50,652 nt of DNA from Candidatus Sulfomarinibacter kjeldsenii (GCA_014764485.1 JACXWA010000120.1:1-50652); one strand, 5' to 3'; numbered from the stretch's first letter, positions 1 through 11,128 are shown. The notes: generated by a model not told the origin, from the letters alone. Translations and numbers: made by a program.

Positions 1-1298
1 TCGACTTTTTCGCCGTTGATGGTGACGGTGGCGCTGATTTCGGTCGCGCCCTCGAAGATAAACATACGGCCGAGTTGCTGCGGTTGGTTGACGATCAGTT
101 CTGGTGGGATGGAGTCTTCGAGGAGATGTTCGGATGAGGTCGAAGAGACCCGGAAACGGCGCAGGGCGCTCCACTCGGAGTAGGCTGTTCCGTCACCAAG
201 GGCGGCAACTCTCCAGAAATAGGTTCCTGGCGCCACCAGCCTGAGGCGGGCCTCGTCCTTCGCCAGGCGGGGAGCATCAACTTCGAGCTGCGTACTGTCG
301 AAGCTCTTGGAACGGCTCACCTGGAGGTGGACGGTACCGTTCCGAGGCCGACCACGCCAAGCCAGCGCGATCATTGGGTTTTCGACGAGGTCGAATCCGG
401 CGTTGTTGCGCGGTTCGACCGGGTACGGCGGAGCGGGAATTTTTTGCTTTTCGGTTATCGTGCCGCTGGCCATCGCTGCGACTGCTTCCCGCTCTCCGAT
501 CACGACCTCTCTGCCGCCGCGGTTGCTGCGCACCCGGGCTGAGCCTTGAAACGCGGCCACGGTTGTCTTCTGGTCATCCGCCGCGACGTCAACGGCGACT
601 CGGCTGTCGCGATCGATCTCTGTTGCGGCCGAATCGGTTGTGACTGTTGAGGGCGCCCCCGATGTGTAGACATTGATTCGCCCGGCGACCATCTTGATGG
701 TGCCCGGCGACTCCCGTGACATCTCGTGATGGATCTCGAGGAGCGAATTTGGAGAGATGCGATAGAGGCTGCCATCCGCGAACAGAATCTCGGCGTTGCC
801 ATCACGACCGGTACGAACGAAGTCTCCGTTAAAAACGGGGATATTCTGATGGGCGGTCTCCCACTCGGTCTGACCTGCCCGCTGGAGCTGCACGCGGCCC
901 TCGAGGCTGAAAAACCGTCCAACGCCGACCAGCTCCTGGTCGCCAGCGCCCGCAAGTGCTTCGAATTGTTTGCGCGCACTGTCCGCCAGAGGTTCAGCGT
1001 CCTCCCAGTTCTGTTCGGCGTACTCCGAGCGAGCCATGTTCAATTGGTCTCTTGCCTGTTCGAGCTCATCCTTCCAATGAGAGGGGAGGGGCTGGGTTTC
1101 GGCGTGAGCGAGGGCTGCATCGGCGCGCTCGATTGCGCGCCTCGCTCGTGCCTCGGGTGAGAGATTGAGACTCTTATAGGCCAGAAAAACGAGAACCGCA
1201 GCAACCAATCCGATGATCACGACTGCCAACACCTTGCGCAGCGGTTGCACACGGATAACGACCCAGTCGAGTTCCAATCCTCGCGCCACCTTGGCCAT
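1..1298 (-). CDS. FecR-domain membrane-anchored protein with downstream Fn3/Ig-like region (3' end runs off window)
   Basis: Not in ORF track. Manual translation from ATG 1298 (GAGGAGG just upstream) stays open to the edge: MAKVARGLELDWVVIRVQPLRKVLAVVIIGLVAAVLVFLAY (TM)...SLEGRVQLQRAGQTEW...GDFVRTGRDGNAEILFADGSLYRISPNS (FecR-like)...PGTYFWRVAA (Fn3-like). Confidence 0.75.
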   Translation of the reverse strand, partial: MAKVARGLELDWVVIRVQPLRKVLAVVIIGLVAAVLVFLAYKSLNLSPEARARRAIERADAALAHAETQPLPSHWKDELEQARDQLNMARSEYAEQNWEDAEPLADSARKQFEALAGAGDQELVGVGRFFSLEGRVQLQRAGQTEWETAHQNIPVFNGDFVRTGRDGNAEILFADGSLYRISPNSLLEIHHEMSRESPGTIKMVAGRINVYTSGAPSTVTTDSAATEIDRDSRVAVDVAADDQKTTVAAFQGSARVRSNRGGREVVIGEREAVAAMASGTITEKQKIPAPPYPVEPRNNAGFDLVENPMIALAWRGRPRNGTVHLQVSRSKSFDSTQLEVDAPRLAKDEARLRLVAPGTYFWRVAALGDGTAYSEWSALRRFRVSSTSSEHLLEDSIPPELIVNQPQQLGRMFIFEGATEISATVTINGEKV

Positions 1299-1485
1299 AC
1301 CTCCTCAATCACCGTAACATGAGCGTATTCAAGCGGCAAGCGCACCACGAGGGGTCCGCGACGACGGTCACAAAGGTGATGCCGGGGAGTGATCTTGGCC
1401 CTTTCTGGGAGACCACCGGCTTGCGCTAGTCTCAGCTCTTCGATAGACTTCGCTGTCCCGTTTTCGGGGCAGGTGGAGGACTGGA

Positions 1486-3444
1486 ATGGCTCTCAAATGG
1501 CTGCGAGATAATCTGCGTCACCTCAAGTTCATTCTCTGGGGTGTGGTACTGGTTTTCGTGCTCCTGGTTTTTGTGGATTGGGGAGCAGGCCGTGCCGGTG
1601 GTGGCGGAGGGGGTAAAGCGACGGTTCGGGTTGGCAACAGGAGCATTTCCGAGACCGAATTTCTCGACGAAATGCGACGTCTCGATCAGCGTTTTTCGCA
1701 GATTTACGGCGAGCAATGGAACGAACTTCGAGGCCAGGTCGATCTCGCACGGCAGACTGCAAATATGTTCATTGATCGCGAGCTCCAACTCACCGAGGCC
1801 CGGAGAATCGGTCTCGGGGTTTCCCGGGAAGAGCTCCAAGAAGTGATCTTGGAGGATCCGTCGTTCCGCGATGAAAGCGGCGAGTTTGTCGGCACAGAAA
1901 CCTACAAGCGGATCATTCGCGCATATTTCCAGACGACCCCGGAGACGTTCGAGGAACGCCTTACCGAGGATCTCCTGATCGGGAAGCTCAACACCCTGGC
2001 CGAGCGCAACGCGTGGATCAGTGATGATGAGGTCGATCGTGAGTTTCGACGGCAGCGGGAACTCAGCGATTTTGATGCTATTCAACTCCGATACGAGCCG
2101 TTCCTGAGCGAGGTCGAAATCTCTGAAGATGATGCTCGTGCAGCGTTTGAAGCGAACGCAGAGGACTACCATCGAGACGAGGAGCGGTTGATTCGGTACC
2201 TGCTCGTGGAAACCTCCCGATTGCGACGCACCCTGCCGGTCGATGAAGCTGAACTGAGGGCTTACTACGATCAGCACGTCGACGAATTCCTCGAGGGGGA
2301 GCAGGCGAGCGCCCGCCATATCCTATTCCGCCTGGCCCCTGACGCGACGGAGATTACACGGGGAGAGACCGAACTCCGTGCCAACGGTGTCGCAAACATT
2401 GTTCGGTCAGGCGGCGACTTTGCGGTATTGGCCGCCGAACACTCCGAGGACCCCGGATCGAAGGACATGGGTGGCGATCTCGGGTGGTTTGGTCGTGGGC
2501 AAATGGTGCCGGAGTTTGAGGATGTCGTCTTTTCTGCCAAACCGGGCGACATTGTCGGCCCTATCAAGAGCCAGTTCGGATACCACGTCATCAAGGTCGA
2601 GGGATTTCGGCCTGAGCACCAGCAGCCCTTCGAGGAAGTCCAGGAACAGGTCCGGTTTCGGGTTTTGGAGGACCGTGCAGTGGGTGAAGCCGAAGCCAGG
2701 GCTGGTGCCTTCGCCCGCCGGCTGAAGGCGGAGGGCCCGGATACCCAGGATCAATGGCAGGCGATAGCCGACGAAGACGAGGCAGTGGTGCTCAACCAAA
2801 GCCCCCCGTTTTCTGTTGGCGAAGCCATTGCCGGCGCGTCGGATGGACCGGAACTGGCGGATGCCGCGTTTGCCTCCTCGGTGGGCGAAATCACCGGGCC
2901 GGTGGCTGTGCCGCGTGGATGGATCGTCTGGCAGCTCGCCGAGGTTCGGGTGGCGGGCATCCCTCCCTTGGAGGATGTTCGGACGGAGGTCGAACAGAAG
3001 CTTCGCCGGGAGCGCGCTGTTGAGCTTGCGACCGACCAGGGACGGCAGCTTGCCGAACGATGGCGCGGTGGAGAGGACGGTTCGACGTTGGCTGCCGAGT
3101 ATGGTTCGAACGTAACCGAGGCTCGCCAGCACCGGCGCGGACAGCTTGTCGGCACTCTCGGTGTGATGCCCGGCCTCGATGGTGCGGTCTTCACGGCGAG
3201 CGAGGAAGAGGTGCTCGGACCGATCGTGGCGGGGGTTGCCGGTGGGGTTGTGGTGGCGAAGGTCAATACGCTGGACTTGGTGGATCCAGTCGAACTCTCA
3301 AGTTCGCGTGACGATCTTCGTGCCCGCTTGATGACCGAGAGGGGCGCCCAGCTCATGCGTTCCATCGTCAACGAGCGGCGGAGAGATACTGTAGTGACAA
3401 TAGACGACGAGTTCCTGCAACGATTCGCCCCTACCAGTTCATGA
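1486..3444 (+). CDS. ppiD: PpiD/SurA-family peptidyl-prolyl isomerase chaperone
   Basis: 652 aa; N-terminal TM, SurA-like N domain, parvulin motifs ARHIL, HSEDPGS..GGDLGWF.RGQMVPEFE, SQFGYHVIKV; GGAGG RBS. Confidence 0.88.
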   Translation: MALKWLRDNLRHLKFILWGVVLVFVLLVFVDWGAGRAGGGGGGKATVRVGNRSISETEFLDEMRRLDQRFSQIYGEQWNELRGQVDLARQTANMFIDRELQLTEARRIGLGVSREELQEVILEDPSFRDESGEFVGTETYKRIIRAYFQTTPETFEERLTEDLLIGKLNTLAERNAWISDDEVDREFRRQRELSDFDAIQLRYEPFLSEVEISEDDARAAFEANAEDYHRDEERLIRYLLVETSRLRRTLPVDEAELRAYYDQHVDEFLEGEQASARHILFRLAPDATEITRGETELRANGVANIVRSGGDFAVLAAEHSEDPGSKDMGGDLGWFGRGQMVPEFEDVVFSAKPGDIVGPIKSQFGYHVIKVEGFRPEHQQPFEEVQEQVRFRVLEDRAVGEAEARAGAFARRLKAEGPDTQDQWQAIADEDEAVVLNQSPPFSVGEAIAGASDGPELADAAFASSVGEITGPVAVPRGWIVWQLAEVRVAGIPPLEDVRTEVEQKLRRERAVELATDQGRQLAERWRGGEDGSTLAAEYGSNVTEARQHRRGQLVGTLGVMPGLDGAVFTASEEEVLGPIVAGVAGGVVVAKVNTLDLVDPVELSSSRDDLRARLMTERGAQLMRSIVNERRRDTVVTIDDEFLQRFAPTSS

Positions 3445-4007
3445 TCGGCCGACTCGAGGGACACCTGCATCGGGTGGACCCGGGCACTGTTCTGATCAGT
3501 GTAGGAGGCGTCGGGTACCTGGTCTCGACCACGCTGCGCGCTTTCCAGGCCCTGGCTGACCGCGAGGATGCAGCATTGTGGATTCATACCCAGGTGCGGG
3601 ACGATGCCATCGTCCTCTTTGGTTTCCCTGATCGTGAGGAACTCGAGGCCTTCTCCAAGCTTATTGCGGTCGCTGGAGTAGGGCCGCGGACGGCACTCGC
3701 GGTGCTCTCGACACTGACCGCCGACGAGCTCGCTGAGGTAGTCGATGCTGGGGATCTCGCCCGTCTTCAACGCACCCCAGGCGTTGGTCGCAAGACCGCC
3801 GAGCGGATTCTCCTCGAACTCAAGGACCGTCTGGTTGCGGGCTCACCCGGTGCTGGCGACCGGAGGGGAGATGCGGTGTCGGCCCTTGTCAATCTCGGGT
3901 ACTCGCAGCGCGACGCTCTCCATTCGGTGAATGCCGTATGGTCCGATGCTGGCGGCGCAGAGCTCGGTGAATTGCTCCGCCTCGCGCTGCAGAAGCTGAC
4001 GCGCTGA
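3441..4007 (+). CDS. ruvA: Holliday junction branch migration protein RuvA
   Basis: MIGRLEG, VGGVGY, HTQVRDD..LFGF, GVGPRTAL, PGVGRKTAERILLELKD; overlaps ppiD stop (ATGA). Confidence 0.97.
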   Translation: MIGRLEGHLHRVDPGTVLISVGGVGYLVSTTLRAFQALADREDAALWIHTQVRDDAIVLFGFPDREELEAFSKLIAVAGVGPRTALAVLSTLTADELAEVVDAGDLARLQRTPGVGRKTAERILLELKDRLVAGSPGAGDRRGDAVSALVNLGYSQRDALHSVNAVWSDAGGAELGELLRLALQKLTR

Positions 4008-4016
4008 ACATCGCGA

Positions 4017-4106
4017 GTAACCCGTAATCAGTCATCAGTGATCAGTTTGAGAGCCCGAGGGTGTGGGCCGTCGGAACTGGCTACTGATTACTGATGACTG
4101 ATCACT
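4017..4106. repeat. Inverted arrays of degenerate 7-bp repeats forming a long hairpin
   Basis: Left GTAACCC GTAATCA GTCATCA GTGATCA GT (4017-4046); right ACTGGCT ACTGATT ACTGATG ACTGATC ACT (4076-4106), the reverse complement of the same unit. Confidence 0.85.
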
Positions 4107-4144
4107 AGGTTGGGAGGGTGGAAGCGATGAGGTAGAGTCAACCG

Positions 4145-5179
4145 GTGAGTGACGAAGTGCTGACCACCGAGCCGCAGCCGGAAGAGCGTCCTTTCGAGGA
4201 GTCCCTCCGGCCGCGCCGTCTCACAGAGTTCGTCGGCCAGACCCGTCTTTCCACCAATCTCGGAGTCTTCATCGCTGCCGCGCGCGACCGCGGCGAAGCC
4301 CTCGACCACACGCTGTTCTTCGGCCCTCCCGGCCTCGGCAAGACTACCCTTGCGCATATCGTCGCCAACGAGATGGAAGCCCAGGTTCACGTTACCTCAG
4401 GCCCGGTCCTGGAGCGGGCCGGCGATCTCGCGGCAATGCTCACCAATTTGCAGCCTGGAGATGTCCTGTTCATCGACGAGATCCATCGTCTGCCGGCGGC
4501 TGTCGAGGAAATCCTGTATCCGGCGATGGAGGATTATGAACTCGATCTAGTGATCGGGCAGGGCCCCGCTGCGCGCAGCGTACGTCTCACATTGCCGCGA
4601 TTCACGCTGGTCGGAGCGACGACTCGCACCGGGCTTCTGACTGCCCCCTTGCGTGACCGGTTTGGCATTGTCCACCGCCTCGAGTTCTACCCGAGTGAGG
4701 ACCTTGCTGTGATTGTGGCCCGCTCCGCGGATATCCTGGAAATCAATATGGCGGAACAAGCGGGTGGTGAGATTGCGCGGCGTGCGCGCGGAACACCACG
4801 GATCGCCAACCGTCTCCTGCGCCGAGTTCGAGACTTCGCCCACCACCTCGGCAGCGATGTGGTGAGCCTCGAAGCCACACAGTGGGGGCTTGAGCAGATG
4901 GAGGTTGATGCATTCGGTCTCGACCACCTCGATCGGCAACTGCTCACTACGATCATCAATGTCTACGATGGCGGACCGGTGGGCCTCAAGGCCCTGGCGT
5001 CGTCGATCGGTGAAGACCGAGGGACACTCGAGGACATCCACGAGCCGTATCTGCTGCAGATCGGGTTGCTGCAGCGCACCCCACGTGGGCGCACGGTGAC
5101 TGCTGCCGCCTACCGTCACCTCGGGCTCGACCCGACGGGGTCCCCGGGTGCGCTATTCGATGGACGGAAGCCCGAGTGA
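4145..5179 (+). CDS. ruvB: Holliday junction branch migration helicase RuvB
   Basis: [61 protein letters not shown]. Confidence 0.98.
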   Translation: MSDEVLTTEPQPEERPFEESLRPRRLTEFVGQTRLSTNLGVFIAAARDRGEALDHTLFFGPPGLGKTTLAHIVANEMEAQVHVTSGPVLERAGDLAAMLTNLQPGDVLFIDEIHRLPAAVEEILYPAMEDYELDLVIGQGPAARSVRLTLPRFTLVGATTRTGLLTAPLRDRFGIVHRLEFYPSEDLAVIVARSADILEINMAEQAGGEIARRARGTPRIANRLLRRVRDFAHHLGSDVVSLEATQWGLEQMEVDAFGLDHLDRQLLTTIINVYDGGPVGLKALASSIGEDRGTLEDIHEPYLLQIGLLQRTPRGRTVTAAAYRHLGLDPTGSPGALFDGRKPE

Positions 5180-6069
5180 CCCCTGTCCCGGTAATTCTCA
5201 ACCCCGTCGCAGGTGGCGGCAGGTTGTTGCGCCAACAGGGCAGTCTCCAGGCGGTTGCCGCTGGCCGTGGGTCCGAGCTCGATATCTGGATTTCCGAAAG
5301 CCCCTCACACACAATCGAGCTTGCTGAAAAGGCGGCCTCCGCCGAGATCCCATTGGTGCTCGCCTATGGCGGTGACGGCACCTACAACGCGGTGGCCCGG
5401 GGTCTTTTGGGCAGCTCAACCGCGATGGGTGTGCTTCCAGGCGGCACGACATCGGTTCTCGCCTACGAGTTCGGTGTGCCGCGCCCGGCGCAGCGTTCTG
5501 TCGACGCGCTTTTGGGCGGCGAAGACCGGGCGATGCGGGTGGGCCGCACCGATGATGACGACATCGTTCTGCTGATGTTGTCGGCCGGTCCGGATTCGCA
5601 TGTGCTCGAGAGGCTGCGCCCGTCTTTCAAGAGGCTTGGTGGGCGGGTCGGTGTCGCGTTGCAGGCGATAGTTGAAGCGATGAGTGGTGGAGCTTTGCCG
5701 CGGATCCGGGTGACGTCCAATACGACTATCGATGAGGCGGGTTGGGTGATTGTCGGCAACTCACGGTGTTATGGGGGTAAGTTCTGCGCCACCCCGGGCG
5801 CCAGCCCGTTTCGTGACGACCTCGAGGTCGTGTCGCAGCGGAGCAATGGCCGCCGAGCAGCGGTGTCTTTCCTCTTCGGCATCCCCTCGGGCCGACATGT
5901 TTCGAGGGACGATGTCGTGCGAGAAGTTGTGGATCGGGTGCGGCTGGAGGCGGCCTCGCCGGGCGCCGAGGTGCCCTATCAGATCGACGGCGATGTCATG
6001 GGCGTATTGCCGGTGGAGGTCAGCATCGATCCGAATCCCCTTTGGATCCGTCTGCCGGCGCAACACTGA
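5176..6069 (+). CDS. Diacylglycerol/lipid kinase family protein (YegS/DagK-like)
   Basis: [33 protein letters not shown] motifs. Confidence 0.85.
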   Translation: MTPVPVILNPVAGGGRLLRQQGSLQAVAAGRGSELDIWISESPSHTIELAEKAASAEIPLVLAYGGDGTYNAVARGLLGSSTAMGVLPGGTTSVLAYEFGVPRPAQRSVDALLGGEDRAMRVGRTDDDDIVLLMLSAGPDSHVLERLRPSFKRLGGRVGVALQAIVEAMSGGALPRIRVTSNTTIDEAGWVIVGNSRCYGGKFCATPGASPFRDDLEVVSQRSNGRRAAVSFLFGIPSGRHVSRDDVVREVVDRVRLEAASPGAEVPYQIDGDVMGVLPVEVSIDPNPLWIRLPAQH

Positions 6070-6111
6070 TGACTCGCCGCTCTCGCCACGCAATCCGGTG
6101 AGATATGCCGG

Positions 6112-7041
6112 CTAGAGATCGGCGAAGAGATCGGTCGAGATGTAACGTTCGGAAGTCGAGGGTGCGACGAAAACCACGAGCTTGCCCTCCATCTCGTCAC
6201 TGGATGCGACCTTGAGCGCTGCGGCGCATGCAGCGCCGGTGGAAATACCACCCAGGATTCCTTCTTCGCGGGCAAGACGCCTGGCTGTCGTAAACGCCTC
6301 GTCATTCGTAATCGTGACCGCCTCATCGATTACCGAAGTGTCGAGATTGTCGGGCACGAAGCCTGCACCGATGCCCTGGATCTTATGGGAACCCGGCTCG
6401 CCACCGGAGAGTACCGGCGAGTCCGCTGGTTCAACGGCAACGATACGGACTGATGGGCGGCGTTCCCGCCACACCCGCCCAACCCCGGTGATGGTTCCGC
6501 CGGTTCCGACACCGGCGACAAAGACGTCCATTCTTCCGTCGGTGTCTCGCCACAGCTCGAGGGCGGTAGTGGTGGCGTGAACATCAGGGTTGGCCGGGTT
6601 GGAAAACTGCTGCGGCTCTACCGAATCCGGAATCTCCGCCAGCAGCTCTTCGGCTCGGGCGGAGGCACCCCGCATGCCGTCGGCAGCCGGCGTCAGAAAG
6701 ATCTCGGCTCCGAGCAGGTCAAGCACCTTTCGCCGCTCGAGAGACATTGACTCCGGCATCGTCAAGACGCATCGGTAGCCGCGTGCAGCAGCCACCATGG
6801 CGAGGGCAATGCCGGTATTCCCCGAAGTTGCCTCGACAATCGTCGAACGACCGGGCACCAATCGCCCTTCGCGCTCCAGAGATTCCACCATGGCAACACC
6901 AATGCGGTCCTTCACCGAGTGGGCGGGGTTGAAAAACTCGAGCTTGGCCGCCACCTGAGCCTGCGAGCCGGAGGCGATGTGGTTGAGTCGAACGAGTGGG
7001 GTGTTTCCCATAAGTTGTGTGATGTCGGAAGCAATGTTCAT
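6112..7041 (-). CDS. cysK: Cysteine synthase A
   Basis: Start re-called at ATG 7041 ([26 protein letters not shown]); [17 protein letters not shown] Lys, [23 protein letters not shown]. Confidence 0.95.
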   Translation of the reverse strand: MNIASDITQLMGNTPLVRLNHIASGSQAQVAAKLEFFNPAHSVKDRIGVAMVESLEREGRLVPGRSTIVEATSGNTGIALAMVAAARGYRCVLTMPESMSLERRKVLDLLGAEIFLTPAADGMRGASARAEELLAEIPDSVEPQQFSNPANPDVHATTTALELWRDTDGRMDVFVAGVGTGGTITGVGRVWRERRPSVRIVAVEPADSPVLSGGEPGSHKIQGIGAGFVPDNLDTSVIDEAVTITNDEAFTTARRLAREEGILGGISTGAACAAALKVASSDEMEGKLVVFVAPSTSERYISTDLFADL

Positions 7042-7146
7042 GGCTGCTCCAGGGTGTTGTGATAATCCACACAACCCTTTTCGGTGGTCATTCCTTCCCG
7101 ACTGCTGGGTCGCTTCCTGGGTTACAATGGCTGCCGGGGAGGAGTT

Positions 7147-8136
7147 GTGGGGTTTATTGAACAACTCGCGGCCCGAGCTGCGGCTATTGGTGGTCGGGTT
7201 GTGCTCGCCGAAGGGCACGATGAGCGGATTGTCGACGCTGCGGGTGAACTGGTCGCCGGAGGAGGGTGTGAGGTAACCCTCGTCTGCCCCGGGGACCAAC
7301 GCCAACCGATCCATGATGAGCTCGCCGAACGAGGTGTCGACATCGCAGACCCGACTGCCGATTCACGCCGAGAAGATCTGGCGGATCACCTGCACCAACG
7401 ACGGGCGGCGAAGGGAATGTCTCGCCAGGAAGCGCTGGCAGCGGTAGAGGATCCACTCTATTTCGCCTCCCTGATGGTCGCAACCGGGGCCGCTGATGCT
7501 TCCGTTGGCGGTGCCGTCCGGACGACCGCGGACACGGTGCGCGCCGCTCTCCACTGCATCGGGCCCTCGCCAGGGCTGCGAACCGTATCATCGGCGTTCA
7601 TCATGATCCACCCCGATCCACGCTGGGGAGATGATGGGGTGATGGTCTTTGCTGACTGTGCGGTGCTCCCAGACCCGGATTCAGTGCAGCTGGCCGAGAT
7701 TGCGCTTTCAGCTGCCGCCACCTTCCGATCCATTGTTGGGGGCGAGCCGAAAGTCGCTCTACTCTCATTCTCGACCAACGGCTCGGCCAGACACCCGCTG
7801 GTGGACAAGGTGACCGCGGCACGGGCCGAACTCGAATCCAGAGGCGCGGATTTCGTCTTCGATGGTGAACTGCAACTGGACGCGGCACTGCTTCCAGGCG
7901 TTGGAGAGAAAAAGGCGCCCGGGTCGGCTGTGGCCGGAAAGGCAAATGTGCTTGTCTTTCCGGATCTCAACGCCGGCAATATCACCTACAAAGCGGTGGA
8001 ACGACTGGGTGGTGCGCGCGCCCTGGGCCCGCTTATGCAGGGGCTCGCAAAGCCCGCCAACGACCTCAGCCGCGGCTGCTCTGCGGGCGATATTGTCCAG
8101 ACCAGTTATCTGAGTCTGCTCCAGGCAAAGGGGTAG
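7147..8136 (+). CDS. pta: Phosphate acetyltransferase
   Basis: GTG 7147 after GGAGG; [53 protein letters not shown]. Confidence 0.93.
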   Translation: MGFIEQLAARAAAIGGRVVLAEGHDERIVDAAGELVAGGGCEVTLVCPGDQRQPIHDELAERGVDIADPTADSRREDLADHLHQRRAAKGMSRQEALAAVEDPLYFASLMVATGAADASVGGAVRTTADTVRAALHCIGPSPGLRTVSSAFIMIHPDPRWGDDGVMVFADCAVLPDPDSVQLAEIALSAAATFRSIVGGEPKVALLSFSTNGSARHPLVDKVTAARAELESRGADFVFDGELQLDAALLPGVGEKKAPGSAVAGKANVLVFPDLNAGNITYKAVERLGGARALGPLMQGLAKPANDLSRGCSAGDIVQTSYLSLLQAKG

Positions 8137-8142
8137 TCGCCC

Positions 8143-9423
8143 ATGCGCGTACTCGTACTCGGTTCCGGCGCCCGCGAACATGCCATAGTCCACGCCCTGC
8201 GGCGTTCCCCCGGGGTGAGCGACGTCTTTGCCGCTCCGGGCAATCCAGGGATCGCACAGGCGGCGGATCTTCTGCCGTTGTCAGCAAACGATCTCCCAGG
8301 CGTCGCGGAGGCGGCTAGAGATTTCCGTATTGATGTCACTATCGTTGGCCCCGAGGTTCCTCTGGCGATGGGTGTCTGCGACGAGTTTTACCGCCGGGGA
8401 CTGCGCCTCTTCGGACCACGACGCGCCGCTGCCGAGCTCGAGTCGAGCAAGGTCTTCGCCAAGGAGTTTTGCCAACGCCATGACATTCCGACCGCCAAGG
8501 CAACTGTAGTTCGCTCGAGTGACGAAGCTGTTGCGGCGGCTCGCGATCTCGGGATGCCGGTTGTCTTCAAAGCAGATGGCCTTGCAGCGGGCAAGGGCGT
8601 GCTGATGATTCGAAACGATGACGACCTCGAACAGGCGATCGATGAGTTTTTCAATCAGCGTCGCTTTGGCGATGCCGGAGATCGAGTGCTGGTCGAGGAG
8701 TGCCTGGAAGGCGACGAGGTCTCATATATGGTGATCTCCGACGGTACCCGGATGGTGCCCGTCGCCACTTCTCACGATTACAAACGCGCGGGCGAGAATG
8801 ACGAGGGCCCCAACACAGGTGGCATGGGCGCCCATTCTCCTGCACTGGTAATCCCACCCGGTACAAGCAAGCTCATCCTCGAATCCGTCGTCCGTCCAAC
8901 AATTGCGGGCATGGCTGCCGAAGGCCGGGAGTATCGTGGGGTGCTCTATGCGGGTCTGATGGTGACATCGGATGGGCCCAAGGTGCTCGAGTTCAATTGC
9001 CGCCTCGGTGACCCGGAGACCCAGGCAACGTTCCTGCGGCTTGACGACAATTTTGCCGAGATCGCCCGCGATGCTTCCGAGGGTGTACTCAAGACTGGCG
9101 GCCTGAATTGGCGCAAGGAGGCGGTGGCCTGCGTTGTCCTCGCGGCAGAGGGATACCCTGGAAACCCGCGAAAAGGAGACGAAATCACCGGTATAAATGA
9201 GGCCATGGCTTTGTCCGGAGTGACGGTCTATCATGCCGGCACACGGCTGGAAGACGGGTGTCTGACCACCTCTGGGGGGCGCGTACTATCGGTCTGCGGG
9301 CGCGGACCAACCCTGTCAGACGCCCTCGATACCGCATACGAAGGGGTGTCGAAGATCTCTTTTGACGGCATGTGGTATCGATCGGACATCGGTCGCGACA
9401 CCTTGGCCAAGCTCGGTACATAA
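8143..9423 (+). CDS. purD: Phosphoribosylamine--glycine ligase
   Basis: GSGAREHA, APGNPG, VGPEVPL, KADGLAAGKGV, GPNTGGMG, EFNCRLGDPETQ. Confidence 0.97.
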   Translation: MRVLVLGSGAREHAIVHALRRSPGVSDVFAAPGNPGIAQAADLLPLSANDLPGVAEAARDFRIDVTIVGPEVPLAMGVCDEFYRRGLRLFGPRRAAAELESSKVFAKEFCQRHDIPTAKATVVRSSDEAVAAARDLGMPVVFKADGLAAGKGVLMIRNDDDLEQAIDEFFNQRRFGDAGDRVLVEECLEGDEVSYMVISDGTRMVPVATSHDYKRAGENDEGPNTGGMGAHSPALVIPPGTSKLILESVVRPTIAGMAAEGREYRGVLYAGLMVTSDGPKVLEFNCRLGDPETQATFLRLDDNFAEIARDASEGVLKTGGLNWRKEAVACVVLAAEGYPGNPRKGDEITGINEAMALSGVTVYHAGTRLEDGCLTTSGGRVLSVCGRGPTLSDALDTAYEGVSKISFDGMWYRSDIGRDTLAKLGT

Positions 9424-9960
9424 ATGACTGAAGTGAACTCCCAAGCGAACGCCGAGGTTCTGATCCTTATGGGGTCGGCAAGCGATTGGAAACACGTGCG
9501 AGGTGCAGCGGAAGTGCTCGAAGGACTCGGCGTCAGCTTCGAGGTCCACGTATCCTCGGCTCACCGCACACCCGCCCGAACCGTGGATCTGGTTCGATCG
9601 GCCGAGGCCGGAGGATGCAGCGTCTACATCTGCGCCGCCGGAATGGCGGCCCACCTGGCGGGGGTGGTTGCGGCCCATACGGTTCGTCCCGTGCTTGGCG
9701 TACCGCTGCCGGGAGGGGTGCTCGATGGGGTTGACGCGCTCCTTGCAACGGTACAAATGCCCGGAGGAATCCCGGTGGCGACCTTCGCCGTCGGCTCAGC
9801 TGGGGCGCGCAACGCCGCCTTCTTTGCCGCCCAGGTCATCGCAGGCGAACGGCCCGAGGTGGGTTTGGCCCTGGAAGACGCACGACGCGCTGACGGGGAG
9901 AAAATCGCGGCGGCAGATCGTGAGATCAACACCGAGATCAGCACCGGAAGAGACTCATAA
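9424..9960 (+). CDS. purE: N5-carboxyaminoimidazole ribonucleotide mutase
   Basis: [32 protein letters not shown]. Confidence 0.97.
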   Translation: MTEVNSQANAEVLILMGSASDWKHVRGAAEVLEGLGVSFEVHVSSAHRTPARTVDLVRSAEAGGCSVYICAAGMAAHLAGVVAAHTVRPVLGVPLPGGVLDGVDALLATVQMPGGIPVATFAVGSAGARNAAFFAAQVIAGERPEVGLALEDARRADGEKIAAADREINTEISTGRDS

Positions 9961-10655
9961 TGGTGGAGCTCGTTCAATGCACAGTTACGGCTCGCCTGGA
10001 GGACTGGGTTCCGGTGGTGGTCGATCCCGATCTACCTCCGATGCCCTGCCGTGCCGGCAAGCTCGAATTGGACCACGGAGAATTTATCGTCGTCGACACT
10101 CCGGATGGGAAATTTCTCGGTAGGGTCACCGCGTTTGCCGCGCCGTCGGTCAAGAAGCCTCGCAAGCATGCGGCGCGCGTCGTACGCAGGGCAACGCCCG
10201 AGGACGAAAAGCGACATGAAGACACGGGCCACCTCGAAAGGGAAATCGAGCGCTACTTACGACGGCGGACGCGTGAGCTCGATCTCGATCTCCACCCCTT
10301 CAAGGTGCGACTCCCGCTTTCAGGCCGCAAAGCGGTGATTTACTTTTCGGCTGAGAAGCGGGTTGACTATCGACCGTTGCAGCGGGATTTGGGGCGACGC
10401 TATCGGAGGCGAATCGAGATGCGTTCGCTTGGGGTGCGCGATGGTGCCCGCCTCTGCGGCGGCCTCGGGCCCTGTGGTCGCTGTTTGTGCTGTACGACCT
10501 TTATGGATCGTTTTCATTCAGTGACGGTTCGGATGGCAAAAAGGCAGAACCTGAGCCTCAATCCGGCAAAAATTTCCGGCCTTTGCGGGCGGCTGATGTG
10601 CTGTTTGTCGCATGAGGTCGAGCTCTATCCCTCGGGCTCACGCGACCGCGACTGA
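9960..10655 (+). CDS. PSP1 C-terminal domain protein (RicT/YaaT-like Fe-S protein)
   Basis: [57 protein letters not shown]. Confidence 0.9.
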   Translation: MVELVQCTVTARLEDWVPVVVDPDLPPMPCRAGKLELDHGEFIVVDTPDGKFLGRVTAFAAPSVKKPRKHAARVVRRATPEDEKRHEDTGHLEREIERYLRRRTRELDLDLHPFKVRLPLSGRKAVIYFSAEKRVDYRPLQRDLGRRYRRRIEMRSLGVRDGARLCGGLGPCGRCLCCTTFMDRFHSVTVRMAKRQNLSLNPAKISGLCGRLMCCLSHEVELYPSGSRDRD

Positions 10656-10792
10656 GGCTCACCGAAGGCGCCGATCCGTACGAGATCCGGGAAGACACCC
10701 AACACCGGATCTGATAACCTGATCACAGAACCTACCGACTTCATGCTTCCGGAATCCCGTGGCCGCACAGCATGGGGCGCGAGGAGAGCTTA

Positions 10793-11128
10793 ATGTCTGA
10801 TCGTAAGCTGATCCGACCGTCGATGAATGAGATGATGGACAAATTCCCCACCAGGACAACCGGCCGCCGCAAACAGGTGCCCGCAGAGCAAACAAACGCC
10901 GAGAGTTTTTACTACCTCAAACAAATGCAGAATCGCACCGCGATGGTCGTGGTGCTGACCGACGGCACCGAGCTCAAGGGCTGGATCGAGTGGTACGACA
11001 AGAACTGTCTCAAACTCAATCGGGTAGATGCCCCAAACCTCCTCCTCTTCAAACACACCGTCAAGTTCATGTTCAAGGAGGAGGAACTACGCTCCCGCCG
11101 TCGCCGTCGCCCGCCAGCGTCGCGTTGA
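10793..11128 (+). CDS. Hfq/Sm-like RNA chaperone paralogue
   Basis: ATG 10793 after GAGGAG; Sm-like core VVVLTDGTELKGWIEWYDKNCL...LLLFKHTV (compare Hfq LVYKHAI). Confidence 0.75.
   Translation: MSDRKLIRPSMNEMMDKFPTRTTGRRKQVPAEQTNAESFYYLKQMQNRTAMVVVLTDGTELKGWIEWYDKNCLKLNRVDAPNLLLFKHTVKFMFKEEELRSRRRRRPPASR

Noticed and set aside
500-1168. Track ORFs 726..1160, 500..979 and neighbours
   Set aside because: They overlap the better-supported minus-strand FecR-domain gene that the track missed
1432-3770. Long antisense ORFs (1432..2319, 2407..3132, 2751..3770) and similar ones elsewhere (e.g. 17037..17945, 25431..26267, 38752..39612)
   Set aside because: They are shadows of well-supported genes in GC-rich DNA and contain no recognisable motifs
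4017-4106. Repeat array as a CRISPR
   Set aside because: The units are 7 bp, inverted and have no spacers; no cas genes are present
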